A stretch of 64,000 nucleotides of DNA, from NCBI GenBank assembly GCA_022605425.2, contig CM061247.1, positions 124,001 through 188,000 of the forward strand. The letters are read 5' to 3'. Of the stretch, positions 10,777 to 23,900 are shown one piece after another. The translations under genes and the position numbers were made by a program. The notes beneath the pieces were generated by a model. That model was not told the origin of the DNA, searched no databases, and saw only the letters and a list, made by a program, of their open reading frames with translations. The DNA is from Hamiltosporidium tvaerminnensis FI-OER-3-3. Taxonomy: Eukaryota; Fungi; Microsporidia. Within the stretch, counting starts at the first letter, position 1; each line of letters starts with the position of its first letter.

Positions 10777-11638
10777 AATCGAATAATTTTCTTCCAATGA
10801 AATGATATTTTTAGTATTTCTAGAGAATAACAGATAAAGAAGAATGGAGAGAAATTGTTAAGGAGGTCTGGATTCTTTAAGAGATGTACCACTATTTAGT
10901 ATTAGTAATAAAATAGCTGATAAATTTAGTTATTGTATATCTCGTATTAAACTTTGATAAAAATCATAGAAGTTTCATTATGGAATCCGTAACAAAGAGA
11001 ATAACTATTTATCATAGATTTTAATAGAAATTCAAGTGAATTTCATTTGTTTTAGATAATTTGGTAGAAATTAGAAATCAAATTTAAAAAAAAAAGAATA
11101 ACCGAGACTACTATTCGTGGAAAAATAAGAAAATTTAGTGAAATATAAATAAAACTTTAAACAAATCATAAAAATATAGTGATTATAAGTATTTAAATAT
11201 AATTAAAACTTTTAAACAAATTATTTTAAATCTAGATTTTTTTAAGGAGGAAATAAAAATTAAAATCAACATTTACAATTAAAAAGATTTTGTGGATTTT
11301 TTTATAAAATACAATAAATCTAGAAATATGTTATTTGTTTGAAACAACTAATTTAATAAAAATATTTTTTTCTATATTTTATTGTCTTTCAAGTTTTTAC
11401 TTTTTAACTGAAGTTATTGGAAAATAATTTAAAAAAGAATTAAAAATCTGGTTTATAAACAATGCTTTATTATTTTTAATTTTTAAAAACAGAAATTCTT
11501 TAGAAATAATTTAAATAAAATTAAAAATCTGGTTTTGAAACAAAGATTTATTATTTTTGAAGTTTGGAAATTCTTAACAATTCGGCTTTCAATTCTGCTG
11601 CTTCATTTAGACCAAAAGAACCGAAATCTGTTTCATTT

Positions 11639-13069
11639 ATGAAACCTGTAGAAAAATCCGAAAGTTCTTCTAATTGGTTTCCAGATTCTTCACTGTCGCA
11701 ATTAAAAAACAAATCAAAATCATTTTCCATGGGTTCGATGAAAAACACAAATTTTAAGAAAATAGCAATTAGTAATAATTTGACAGATTTAAGAGAAGAA
11801 AAGGTTAAAATAGTGAATATAACACAAAGACCATCTAAATTTCCGTATTCAAAAGCAAAAATGGTAATTTCTAAGCAAAATATAATGACAAAACTTTTTT
11901 ACAATGCCATGCAAGATATAGGAAACATGAATTTACAGATACGGAATTCCTTACACGAAATATTAGAAGAAATAAGAAAATTGAAAACACCAAAGAAAAT
12001 ACAAGCTATATTTATGAGAACAGATTATCTTTTAGAAAAAACGACCGGTGAAATGAAACAGGTTGAAACAAATGTCATAGCGTGTTGTTTTATATTTCTT
12101 GGTCCCTTATTAAACAAAACTCATTCTTTATTTTATGAAAAGGTTCTAATTTCTGATAGCAATAAGAAATTTATTAATTTTGTTGTCACAATATTTGAAG
12201 CTCAAGATAAAAATTATTTAAAGAATAAAAATATAGGACTGATGATAGATAATGAGACAAGTATACATTGTGCCAATTTCCATGATAAAATAGAATTTAT
12301 AAAAGGAATTAAAGAAAAGGGAATCGATGTTTTTCATGTAAAAGTATCAGATTTGCAACAAAATATAAAAATAAAATTGAAAAATGGCGAAACAAAAAAT
12401 ATTTTAAATTTTATTGAAAATAAATCTAATTGGAGAGAATGGAACGATTGTGAAATATTTTTTATGGATAGAAAAGTTTCGTTTGTTTATTATCGGTGGT
12501 TTTACAATGCAGAACATTTTGATAATGAAAGTATTATTTATCGTACTTTGTTTGAGATAAGTGATTGTGTTAATTTACCTTCGGTTGAACTCCAAATAAT
12601 TGGAATGAAATATTTTCAGATTTTGTTTAAAGACAAGAATATTTTAAAAAAATATTTAAATATAGATGAAATTGAAGCTATTTATTCGAATTTTGGAGAT
12701 TTTAAAAAATTGGAAAATTTTAATTTTGATGACCAATTTGATTATATTTTAAAATCCGATTTAGAAGGCGGTGGCCACAATATATATGGAGAAGACATGC
12801 TGGAAATTGTAAAAAGAAAAGATGAGAAATATTTTTTAATGAAAAATATTTTATCGCCTTCTTTCAACAATAAATTTATTGATGATAAAGAAGAAAGACA
12901 GGTTGTCTGTGAAATAGGTATTATGGGATGTTTAATCTCATCAAATGGAGAAATTATTGATCAACAGGATTGTGGATATATTTGTAGATCCAAGGATGTT
13001 TGTAGTAAAGAATGCGGTGTTTCTTGTGGATATGGTGCACTAGATTCAATTTATGAATTCGATGAATAA
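11639..13069 (+). CDS. GSH2: Eukaryotic-type glutathione synthetase (ATP-grasp)
   Basis: FMRTDYL, KQVETN, YYR..Y, ILK...EGGGHNIYG, YFLM..I.P, EIGIMG, GYICRSK, ECGVSCGYGALDS; start uncertain (first ATG 11639, alternative tccATG 11729, ORF open from 11564). Confidence 0.88.
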   Translation: MKPVEKSESSSNWFPDSSLSQLKNKSKSFSMGSMKNTNFKKIAISNNLTDLREEKVKIVNITQRPSKFPYSKAKMVISKQNIMTKLFYNAMQDIGNMNLQIRNSLHEILEEIRKLKTPKKIQAIFMRTDYLLEKTTGEMKQVETNVIACCFIFLGPLLNKTHSLFYEKVLISDSNKKFINFVVTIFEAQDKNYLKNKNIGLMIDNETSIHCANFHDKIEFIKGIKEKGIDVFHVKVSDLQQNIKIKLKNGETKNILNFIENKSNWREWNDCEIFFMDRKVSFVYYRWFYNAEHFDNESIIYRTLFEISDCVNLPSVELQIIGMKYFQILFKDKNILKKYLNIDEIEAIYSNFGDFKKLENFNFDDQFDYILKSDLEGGGHNIYGEDMLEIVKRKDEKYFLMKNILSPSFNNKFIDDKEERQVVCEIGIMGCLISSNGEIIDQQDCGYICRSKDVCSKECGVSCGYGALDSIYEFDE

Positions 13070-13699
13070 GTCATCTTCAACACCGAGAGGTACAAGAGAA
13101 CTGGAATGAGTAAGTAAGTATGAATAAAGCTTAGTTTTACTCTTTTTAAGTTCTATTTATAGTACGATTTTGTTTGGTATTTTTTTGTTTACTTATAGTT
13201 ATAAAAATATTTTAAATGTGAACTTTACGGCTGTTTTACGATTTAAAACTTCGTTTTTTGAATTCGAATTTACTCAAACTAAATATAAGTTGTTTTTAAT
13301 GACCCCATCCATCCTCGACGACAAGAGGTACAAAAAATCAGGAATATGTAAGTATGGTAAATGACATTTGATATGCAGTTTTAGTTATTTTAAGCTTAAA
13401 TCAATTTTTAGCAATGAATATCTTTATTTACAATACCTAGCATATTAAAAAATTATAGACATTATATTTAAATAAAGTTATAACAGATGTATTAATTTCA
13501 ATCCAAAGATAGCTGTATTATGATCGCTATACTCTTTCCTAGAATAGTTTAATAATCTTTATAAATTTATTCCTATATTTAGAATGAAATATTAGACAGA
13601 AAAACGCTTTATTTTATTTAGAATCTCCATTTTAATTAAAATATTATGTTTAATAAGTTCTGAAAACAACAAAATATGTTTCATTTAATATTTATTATA

Positions 13700-13990
13700 A
13701 AAATAGTTCAATTTGCATGAAAAGGCAAAATACGATTATGTAAAATCGGTTACGATTTATAACTTGTAAAAAGTTATTACTAATGTTGGATGCTGTTGCA
13801 AAAATTAAAAAAAAAACCTGGGTACAATTTGGATTGATGTCAAAAAAGCACGGAATTTAATATTTAAGGTTTTTTTTTCGGATTGGATTCCAAATATAGA
13901 TGTTATAATTTGATATTGAATAGTCAATCAGCTTTAATTTACTAAAAGATTAATATGAATGTAAGACACAGAAATTTATGAAACAGAAGA
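13700..13990 (+). mobile_element. Degenerate RT fragment of an RLE-type retrotransposon
   Basis: tggattgatgtcaaaaaagca encodes WIDVKKA, followed by gattggattccaaat, matching 40354-40450. Confidence 0.6.
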
Positions 13991-15186
13991 AAGAATAGCG
14001 AATATTATAATGAATCTTCTTTTTCATTTCATTCGTATGAAATATTGGGTTCTAATTTTGACACGAAAGAAAATTTACGGACATATGATCGTTCATACTA
14101 TTATAAAATTTGTCATATTTGAACATCGATCCATTAAGCAGTGTAATATATCAGTCATAATCTTAATATTTATTATACCACGTATTTTTACCATTTTCAT
14201 TCAAATGATATCAAATTTGCAAAAAAACTACATTATACCACTTTTTTCATGAGATTAGCTCAGCTATAAGATTACATAGACAAATTTTCTAGTATTAATT
14301 TATCGATATGCCTTATGCTACTTACATTCTGAAGCATTTCATTAAAAAAACTGCCCATAATCATTTTAATCGGCAAGCTTTTTCCAGCTTTTATCCTTAG
14401 ATCTGATAGCAGATCAAACCCACCTTAGGTTCCTACAGGGCTTTTAATCTTTCCATTAACTCTGAAATTTTAAATTCAAAAAAACTTACAACTAAGATAT
14501 GTATCCTCGACTTCCATGATCTCAATCTAGATGTTGCAATGACATACCTTCGGAGATAGCTCGCCTAAAGTGATCATACTTTAGCGGTTTATTTTTTGGC
14601 CCCTTTAACACGCTAAGTTTTCGGAAAAGAAAGCAAGAGTAGGTTTCCTTGATAATGCATGGAAATTACTTATGATTTCAATTTTGTATTTAATTTGTTA
14701 TATTAAAGGTAGGAACTAACTTTGTAAAAGAAATTTTGACATTTTTTAGACCTCGTTTTCTTTATACAAAAACCATAACGAAACCATAAATTCAAAATGG
14801 TTTAATTCTAACTTAAATTCTAACAATATTTTTCAACAAATTACATCAAATTGTTACCGAATAGATAGTTTTAGAATAGTTATTCCTTCTTCATCATCTT
14901 ATTTCTTATCCAATAAAGTAGTATGAATGAAACTTAAACTCATTATAAATTAGCTATATAAATTTAATCCCAATAAAAACCATTCAAATCTTAAATGAAA
15001 AATTTTTGATAGGTATTAACGATTTAATATAGAATTTTATAATCAAAGATAAAAAGTTTTTGAATTAAAAAATGATTCTTTATTGAGTCGGGTACTCCTA
15101 ATAGAGCATTCTTATTCTTTTCGAATAAAATATTTGATAAATGAAATTTTATGAACTGTATTTATTTTATAAAATTTATCCTAGGT

Positions 15187-16935
15187 ATGTCTTGGATTTC
15201 TATTATATTGACATTAGTTTTTTCACATTTTAGCTTAAATGCTTCGTTTTATGATCTTGATGATAAAGAAATATATTTAAACGTTCTTGAGGATACAATT
15301 TATAGTGGGAGTTCATCAAACAATTCCTTTAATTGCTCAAACAGTAAAAAAGTTGAACCAGAAGCGATACTTTCAAATGATTCTATTGGGTATAAAAATG
15401 ATTTGACAGGACCTCGTAATAATTCAGATATTGAAATGAAAACTGAGGTGGATTCAATTGATTGCATTCAGCATATCGAATTGTTAAATAGTGATTTGTT
15501 GAAACCACTAAATGAATATAATGAATATTTATTAGTTGATCACGAACTAAAAGTTAAAGCTGCACTTGATGCTTTGAAAACTGTGCTATGTGAAACCAAT
15601 AATATTACTGCATTTAATTTTCGATATGTATTTCTCAAGAAAACATCTAATTCAATCAAAACAACTAATTTGTCTTTGAAAATAAGAAAACACTTAGTCA
15701 TAATAAATAACGTTTACAGATTTTTTTTGCTAGAAAATGATTTTTTGAAGGAGCTAGAACAAATGTACAAGAAGAATGATTATCAAAAAACTTTAATCCG
15801 TTGTTTTAGTAATATTGATCCGGTTTTTGAATATATTATTAACTATATAGATGAAGGAATAAAAAAATTATATTCTAATGAAAATTTCGAATTTGAATAT
15901 AAAAATTTAAAAAAATCTGTTCTAGAGTATGAATTTCTACAATGCTCCAATGTAAACAATTTAGGATTTCATAATTTGTATATTCAGAACTGGAATTTAC
16001 TATATTCGGCCAATTTTATTGAATATTGGAAGCAGACAATTTTGAATATTTTAAATTTAAAAAACAATTATATTTATTTGATCTTACCTGAATTTAGATC
16101 CTTTGAAATTAAACTTAAGGCAGAAATTAATTCAATTCAATTAAAAAATGGAAGTTTTTTCATTGCAATATTAGTATTGAAATCAATTTTAAACAATCCA
16201 ATAATAAAAACTATTCAAGAACGTTTTCGAGCTGCTGTTTCGAAAAATAAAACTTTTAGTTTAAACCATGAAGAATGTAAATGGTATCTGAAGAATAAAC
16301 ATATTCTAAGAAAACATTTCATGAAAGTTTTAAAAATATTCGTGATTTCAATAGAACATAATATGTTTCATTCTGTACTTTATACACTTGAAAGAGTTAT
16401 TTATTATGATTTCATACGAAAAAAACTAAGTTCTAATTTTTTGCTCTGTTATCATTTCTTAAATATAATGAACAATGTTCTGTTTTTAATGGACAAAATT
16501 TTAGTTCAAGGTTTATTCTTATATATAAATGTCTTTGTGAAAAGTGTTATTGAAGAAAAATGTGCCTCTCGCTACAGAACATGCGATGAAAATATTTTCT
16601 TTTATATTGATATTTCTATAAAAAGAAAAATATTGCTGCTTTATATAAGGTTATATGAATCTTTATTTGATAGACAAATGAATTTTTGGAATAAAAAAAG
16701 TGGTGAACAATATAATTCAATTTTTTTATACTTCGAAGATATTAAAAAGTTTATGGAGACAAATAACATGTTTTTAATATTGAAAAGCAGAAGAATTGGA
16801 ACAGAGTTTTGTTTCAATATTGATGATTTGTTGCTTTTATCATCTTGTTTAATTCAACGAATTTATAAATTACGATTTGAAATCGAATGTTTCATAAATT
16901 TGAGAAATTATTTCCAAAGATTTTTTAAAAATTAA
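15187..16935 (+). CDS. Hypothetical secreted protein (lineage-specific, F/L/I/N-rich)
   Basis: Intact ~580-aa ORF; MSWISIILTLVFSHFSLNAS looks like a signal peptide; ORF track starts at the upstream ATG 15151. Confidence 0.7.
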   Translation: MSWISIILTLVFSHFSLNASFYDLDDKEIYLNVLEDTIYSGSSSNNSFNCSNSKKVEPEAILSNDSIGYKNDLTGPRNNSDIEMKTEVDSIDCIQHIELLNSDLLKPLNEYNEYLLVDHELKVKAALDALKTVLCETNNITAFNFRYVFLKKTSNSIKTTNLSLKIRKHLVIINNVYRFFLLENDFLKELEQMYKKNDYQKTLIRCFSNIDPVFEYIINYIDEGIKKLYSNENFEFEYKNLKKSVLEYEFLQCSNVNNLGFHNLYIQNWNLLYSANFIEYWKQTILNILNLKNNYIYLILPEFRSFEIKLKAEINSIQLKNGSFFIAILVLKSILNNPIIKTIQERFRAAVSKNKTFSLNHEECKWYLKNKHILRKHFMKVLKIFVISIEHNMFHSVLYTLERVIYYDFIRKKLSSNFLLCYHFLNIMNNVLFLMDKILVQGLFLYINVFVKSVIEEKCASRYRTCDENIFFYIDISIKRKILLLYIRLYESLFDRQMNFWNKKSGEQYNSIFLYFEDIKKFMETNNMFLILKSRRIGTEFCFNIDDLLLLSSCLIQRIYKLRFEIECFINLRNYFQRFFKN

Positions 16936-19429
16936 ATCTTATAATCTAATTTGATTTATACTTCCTACGAGTTAATTAACTCTAAGACATTTTCTTTGAA
17001 TTTTTGACAAATATATTTAATACCTATTTTACTTTAATAGCAACAAATATAAAAGCATATATTTTGATGGATTTTGTTTATAAGTTCATTATTTCAGCTT
17101 GGAATGGATTTCCACATAACAAATCACTTTTTTATTAACAGTATAGGCTTTATTAAATATCTAAATTTATTCGTGTTTGTTTGATAGAAAAGACAAAATA
17201 TTTTTAATCTAAAATCTTAAAGATTGCATAATAAAAACGAAAAGATCTTAATATTATTAAGATAATGCTAAATTTTTCGCATCTCAAAGTATTTAAAGCT
17301 ATAGGTAATCAGAGAAATGGAATTTAACAAAAAAAACCATGGAATTCATTTGATTGGGTTTATAAAGTCACTTTTTAATATATATTTCATAAGCAATCCA
17401 GTGTATTTTTTCTTTACGGATCAAACATGTTATATTCTTTTGAAAATATCACAAAAAAACATCTTGAACTCAAGCAGCTGCTTAATTAAGTTAAAGTATT
17501 AACTAGATGCCATACTTTAACAAATTAAGTGATAGACAATATATATTCAAAATACCTCGCACATGATATAAAATAAAAAGCTCATTTGCAAAATTGTTAT
17601 CCTAATATATTTTGATATCTGAATTGGCAGTATTAACTTAAAAATTTCAAATGTAGGTGAAGAGTGTAAAAAAAGAAAAAGTTCGTAAAGAGACATCACA
17701 TTTCTAAAAAAATTTAAGTGTATGTATATCTCGACCATGATAAAGATCGTTTCTCGGATAATTTATAAGGTTTGCCGTTAGTAATTTAAAAATATGAAGA
17801 AAATCAATATTAAATAATATTCAAATTCCGAGAAGAAATAAACAAAGTGAATAAAATAACATTTTGTCTTGACTTAGTAAAAGTATTTATAAATTGAAGT
17901 TATTATCGTTAATAAATTGTGTTGCAAAAATTTAGAAAGTCAAAAATTAAATTTTAGCTTGTTGTTATAATGTCAATCTGTGGCTATCGAAATATTATTT
18001 AGAAATGTTGGCTTTTTTATATATTTATTCTGGGGTCATATAAACCAATTTGAAACATGTACTTTTCTATTATAAATAAAAATGCAAGGCTTGAAAATGA
18101 ATATACATCACTATCTATCATAGATTCCTGATAATTGATTAGAATGGGAAAGAAAATAGAAAATGTGCTAGAAATATGCCGAAATCTCAATTTAAAGGCT
18201 AATATAAAATTAGAAATGATGATTGAATGCAAAAGCATTAATGACCTGATATTTTTCAAAAATTTGCCTCTGATTATAAAAACTAATAACTCCATCGCAA
18301 GAAACGCTTAAAAAATAAGAATCTTATGTACGTATTTAATATTAGAATAATTTCCTTTTAATATTCAGTATTGATTTTCTAACAAAGTTAGATTGTCTCT
18401 TAAAAAACGCACGATACGAGCAGAAATTTATGTTCATTTATTCAGTAAAAGCTATAAATCATACAAATTTTGTCTTAAAGTATTTAATATTTAATTCGAA
18501 ACGGATTACTGATGAGGCTCGGGAAAAAGTATATATGTGGCCATATAAAAGCTGGAAGTAAATTAGCATTACTTTTCATAACCAAACACATACATTAGAT
18601 ATGAAGAGAATATTGTAAAAAGTTCCAAAATATAAAATCCTTAGTTACAACATGAGAAAGAGATTAATATATATCATGAGTAAAAAGATCGAGGATGAAT
18701 CAAAAGAATTAAACAGAGTAAAAAACGAATTAAGGTGTTTTTATAATCGTAGCTAATGAATTGATTTTATCTTTAAACCTTTTATATAAATTTTAAACAA
18801 ACTAGAACACAGAAAAAACAAATTCAAGTATAAATTTCTATTGCAATATTTTGATTTTTCGCATGTCTTTGTTTTGCATTTATTAATTTGAATTTAAACA
18901 ACAAAGCTTTGGATATTTTAATTTTAGCATGCCATAAGACTTCTCATATCATATCACCTCTAATACTTAAATATCCTAACAAAAGCTTTCGGATAAAAAA
19001 AACACTCTTCATATCATTTCCCTCCAATCAATTTATTTTGTTTAATAGTAAAATCCAGTTTGTTTTCTCATATCGACCTATGGGTTCTTTTAAAAAAACT
19101 AAAATTATGCTTTTTTGGCGGGAAGTAACCGTTTTGTAGGAAAAATTAAAAATCTTAACAAAATAAACAACATTATGAACTTGAAAAAAATATAAAAAAA
19201 TATATTTAATGTTTACGTTTGTTTATCGTATTTTTATTTGTATTTTAGGTTTGGCTTTTTTTACGACAGCTCTAAATATACCATTTCTTCTACATTTTAT
19301 TAATATTTGAAAATTTAACATCTAAGCTAAAAATATATTTATAACTAAATAACAAGATTCAATAATAAATGGTTTTTTTACTCTTTTTATTTATAAGCTT
19401 TTACCCGAATTTTTGTAATCTCATAAGAG

Positions 19430-20330
19430 TATAATAATGAAACAAGAGAGCATAATATACGCTATTTGTTGTTAAATCTTCAATAGATTTTAACGAGGAG
19501 TCTTCTGAAATAGCTTAAAATATATTTATGTAAAAAGAAATATTATGACAAAATTGAAATCGCAAATAAAACCAGGTTTTTTTATGTATGAAAATAAAAT
19601 AAAGCAAACAATGACTCAGAGGAATCAAAACAAATCTTCTACCCTATTTTCCTGTAGATTGATACCGCATTGAGACCACATTCATTTTTAAGTATCTAAG
19701 AATCCTTCTGACGAATAATAATGACAACAGCGCGGAAATAAAAGAGGAAACTAAAGGAGAAAATAAAACATATTTTAGCTTACAGATGATCCTAAAACTC
19801 AAGTTTTATACTGGAGAAGCAAGAAAATAATATATAAAACTATTTTTAGATCAAAATGATGTGTGGCTGCGAAACTTGGATATTGACAAAGCGTAATGAA
19901 GCAATAAGGGGCAGGCGGAAATAAAAGATCCAACAGTATATATACGAACCGATTAAAAATCAACAAGAAGAAGGCAAATTTGTAAAAATATTGAGAACAG
20001 AAATTTATATCGATATGCAGGATTTTAAGACAAAGTTAGAACAAGCAAACTCTGATGGCTTAGTCATCTTGAACGAATGCCAGAGAGCAGTGTATTGAAA
20101 ATATAAATATCTATTATTGATAAGGTTAAAGACTTCTTTGTCGCCGAAAAACAGATGGCTAGATGAAGTTAAAAAATATCTTAGTAATTTGGTATAGACG
20201 TATGGGAAAGGTAGGCCCTTGACTGTGACAGGTAGGGGTATTTAGTAAACAAAGCTAAAGCTCTCAAAGATTTGTAATGAAAATGAGCGAGTAAGTATGA
20301 AATTGAGAACGAAAGACAATAAGTAGTAGT
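19430..20330 (+). mobile_element. Degenerate RTE-clade LINE, 3' portion
   Basis: Interrupted translation gives MCGCETWILTK, IYEPI, L*WLSHLERMPES, RWLDEVKKYL, all RTE C-terminal motifs; ends near gagtaagta. Confidence 0.75.
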
Positions 20331-20909
20331 GAGTTTCATTGGATATCTAATAGTTAAATTGTTGATGTTTTCGGTTCATTTTATGATAATTTTAATTTAA
20401 TATTGGATCTTATAGGAAATTAGAAGAGTTCATATGGTTTAAGATATATACTGGTCTTTTATTAATACATATTTTAGTTAACTTTTTGCTAATTTTTAAT
20501 ATTTTGTTTGGTAATTTACAACATATACAGCATTAACCATTATATTTTTTCTTTTGAGATGCAATTCTAACAAATTTCAATAATTGATTTAAAGTGGGAT
20601 TTATAAAAGAATTTAAAAAAATTCTATAATTTACCAGAATGTATTATATGCCTTAAAAAGAACATCTATAGAAATGAATTTCAAGTAATTTAATTCTTAA
20701 AATAGATAGATTAATATAGTATAAAATAAATTTAAAAAAAAAGACCATGCAAACATTGTTTAGTTCACAGACGTTTGGAAGTACGGATTCCTACCTTGAT
20801 ACAGTTTTAGAAGTTTACAAACCAGTGATAGTTTAAATAATATTTTTCTAAAATCCGATGATCCTTTCTCTTTATTAATAATTGGTAAAACCTTATACTT
20901 AAATGGAAT

Positions 20910-23900
20910 ATGATACTAAAAAAACATGAAGAACTACTTGCAAAATATCGTTTAAAACATTTTATTAATGGAGTACAAACACAACCATTTGATGAAAGCA
21001 CAAAATCAAAACTTATATTTATACTTAGATTTCTAACCTATATAATGAAAAATACTTTTAATCATGAGATTTATATTATTGATTCATCGCACTCCAATTT
21101 TTTTAGTTCTTATGATTTAGATGTTTCTTATCATTCTTTGTTATTTCATAACGAATATTATTATAATATTTCAGGTGTGTTTAATTCGTTATCATATTCA
21201 TATTTGAAGACCCGGAATTTTAGTTTCTATATCGAAAAAACATTTATAATTTATTCTGCTGGTAATGAAAAAGAGCCTATTATTGATTTTTATTTCAATA
21301 ATGAAAGATTAAATTATATCCAGGTCGAAATACAGAAAAAGCTCCGGTATATAATTTTCGAGGAGAAAAAAACAAACATATATGATTTTAAAACCAATTG
21401 GTCTAATGTTGAAATTATCTATTCCAATTTTTTAAGGTATGAATGTTATAAATATTCTGATTTTCAAAAACTACTTTCAATTGAGGTATTAGCCAATGTT
21501 CTTATAGCAAAAAATCTAACTATATATAATTTGGAACTAATATTATTTTGCATTGATTTATTTTTATCAAAATCAGCTGAGGATTGTTTAATTGAAAGTT
21601 TATATATTTTTTCAAGCAATATTCTAACAATAAATTCTCATATTTTAGAAGAGGAGAGGGTAATTTTCCATCAAAATTTAATCAAAGACCTTTTTTCAAA
21701 ACATCGGGCGCTTTCTACAAATTTTAAAAACGAGAAGTATTTAATACTCTATAACAGATTATTTATTATGTTAAAGTTCATAAATAAAGATTTGAAAATC
21801 TTTTATTGCCAACCATTTTACGAAGATAGAATAGACATGACTGATATTTTTACACTTTTTCTAAATATTCTATATATATTACATGATGAATTATACTTTT
21901 CTAATTTTGTAAATATTTTTTTTAAATCAGATACGATAAAAATATACCGAACATTATTCGCTTTAATTGAACTTAAAAATAAAGATGCATTAGTTGTTCA
22001 TGAATTCATGACAAAAATAAATATATTTGTTGATTACAAGGATAAAATTATGTTGCTATTTAAAATATTTTTCAAAATAATTGAATAATATATTCTAAAA
22101 ACTTTTGTGAAGCACAAAATGAGTTTATTTTGGCTTATTTCGAAAACGTTCATAAATTCACAAATAATTACTATCATTATGATTTCCTGTTTATAGATTT
22201 TATAAATTTTAATTTCCCTCAGATTTTAATAAGAATACAACGAGATAATATTTGGGATATTCAAAGTAAAATTTTTGAAAATATTTTTAATTATTATTTG
22301 GACACAAAAATATCTTTGACGGTTACAGCATTCGAAACTATATTATATTTAATGAAATTAATATCCACTCAACCATTTGAAATTTTGTTACATGGTTTTA
22401 TCTAGAAAGTGCTGTTTTTTTATTATAAACATTTAGAATTTTCTGTTTTCTTAATGTGTTTTCCTTTGAAAGTAATTGAAATCTAAACGGAATTCAAGAT
22501 TATTTTAGCAGAAAATAAAAATATCAACTGTAATATCGATCTTGTTATTGATAGTTTGAATTTAAAATTCGTTTCTAGTAATATGAATATGGATGTTTTT
22601 CTAAACAATAGAAAATTTTATACGTTGAATGCATTTTCTGCAAAATTACATATTTTTCTAAACAACATAAATGATAAAAACACAATCGAAGAATATTTTT
22701 ATTACGATTTCCACCTGATCTATGTCTTACAATTATTTACCCTTATTCTTAACCATGAAAACATTTTTCTAGAAACATCTAAGAACCAAAATTTAAATGA
22801 GTTGTTAAATATATCTAAAGAGACTTATAATTTGCAAATTATTGATCTAGTATGGAAATTAAATGAATTGTTAGATTTCAAATTCATGTATCAGCATAAA
22901 AAATCATTTTTAAGATTAGATTTGATGTTTAGAAAAATTATTACTTTTGAAACTCTAATTCTTAGAGAATCTCTTAATTTAGATGTTAAAATATTTTTAT
23001 CCCACATATATTTGATCAAGATGGCAATATATTTGAAATATATAGAAGAAAATATTGAGTTTATCTGTAATTCGAATATACATCCTCGAAAATATGAATT
23101 GGTTGATAGGATTACTAATTTACTTGAATATATTTATAAAAAAATTATTTTTTATTTTAAACCGAAACGTATAGAATGTAAAGATACATCGATCCTATTT
23201 CAAACTTTAAAAGATTATATGGATCGAATATTTTTATTAGATAATGAATTTATTTCATCTCTAATAGATTGGGTTTATATTTCATGTTTGAAGAATATAA
23301 TGAAATTGAATGAATTTCCCGCAATAAAAAATCCAAATAATGGTTCAAAATCTATCAGTTTTATAGGATTTATTGACAAAATTTTATCTGACAAAGTTTT
23401 TCATGATCAAAATTTAATTTCACTATATTCCGGATATTTAAAAAGCCTAAAAAATGCATTCAATCAAGAATTCAAAATCGCTATCAATGTTTTTCAAAAA
23501 TTTCTGAAAAATTTAAACAATTACAGCATTCGGAAAAAAATAAAATCAAATCAAGAAGCCACTTTGTTTTCTATAATTCTATCTGATCTTTTTTTTAAAG
23601 TCAATACACTCGAAAACAAAGACGCATATGAATGTTTAGAATCGATACTAGATATTATGATATCAAATAGCTTTTTTATTACGAAGTATGATTTTTTTTA
23701 TTTTTTTACTGGTATTATACCTTATCTAAGTAAAATCATTGAGGTTATTGCCAAAACCGAATTTTTTATAAAAATATTTGACTTGATAACAAAAATCGAA
23801 ATCAATTGTATGAATCCTCTAAGAAAATTCTTTTATATTACAGAAGAAACATTATTATATGATTTTTTACACAAATCATTTTTTAATTTATATTACACCA

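Noticed and set aside
14562-14586. Hairpin ctaaagt-gatcat-actttag in a slightly GC-richer patch as a DNA transposon end
   Set aside because: No partner TIR or transposase motif found
18017-18295. Hydrophobic 92-aa ORF as a remnant of a secreted protein
   Set aside because: Short, no recognisable motif, and hydrophobicity is expected from AT-rich DNA
18495-18525. gaaac...ctgatgag resembling a hammerhead core
   Set aside because: Too little sequence between GAAA and CTGATGA for stems I and III, and stem II does not pair
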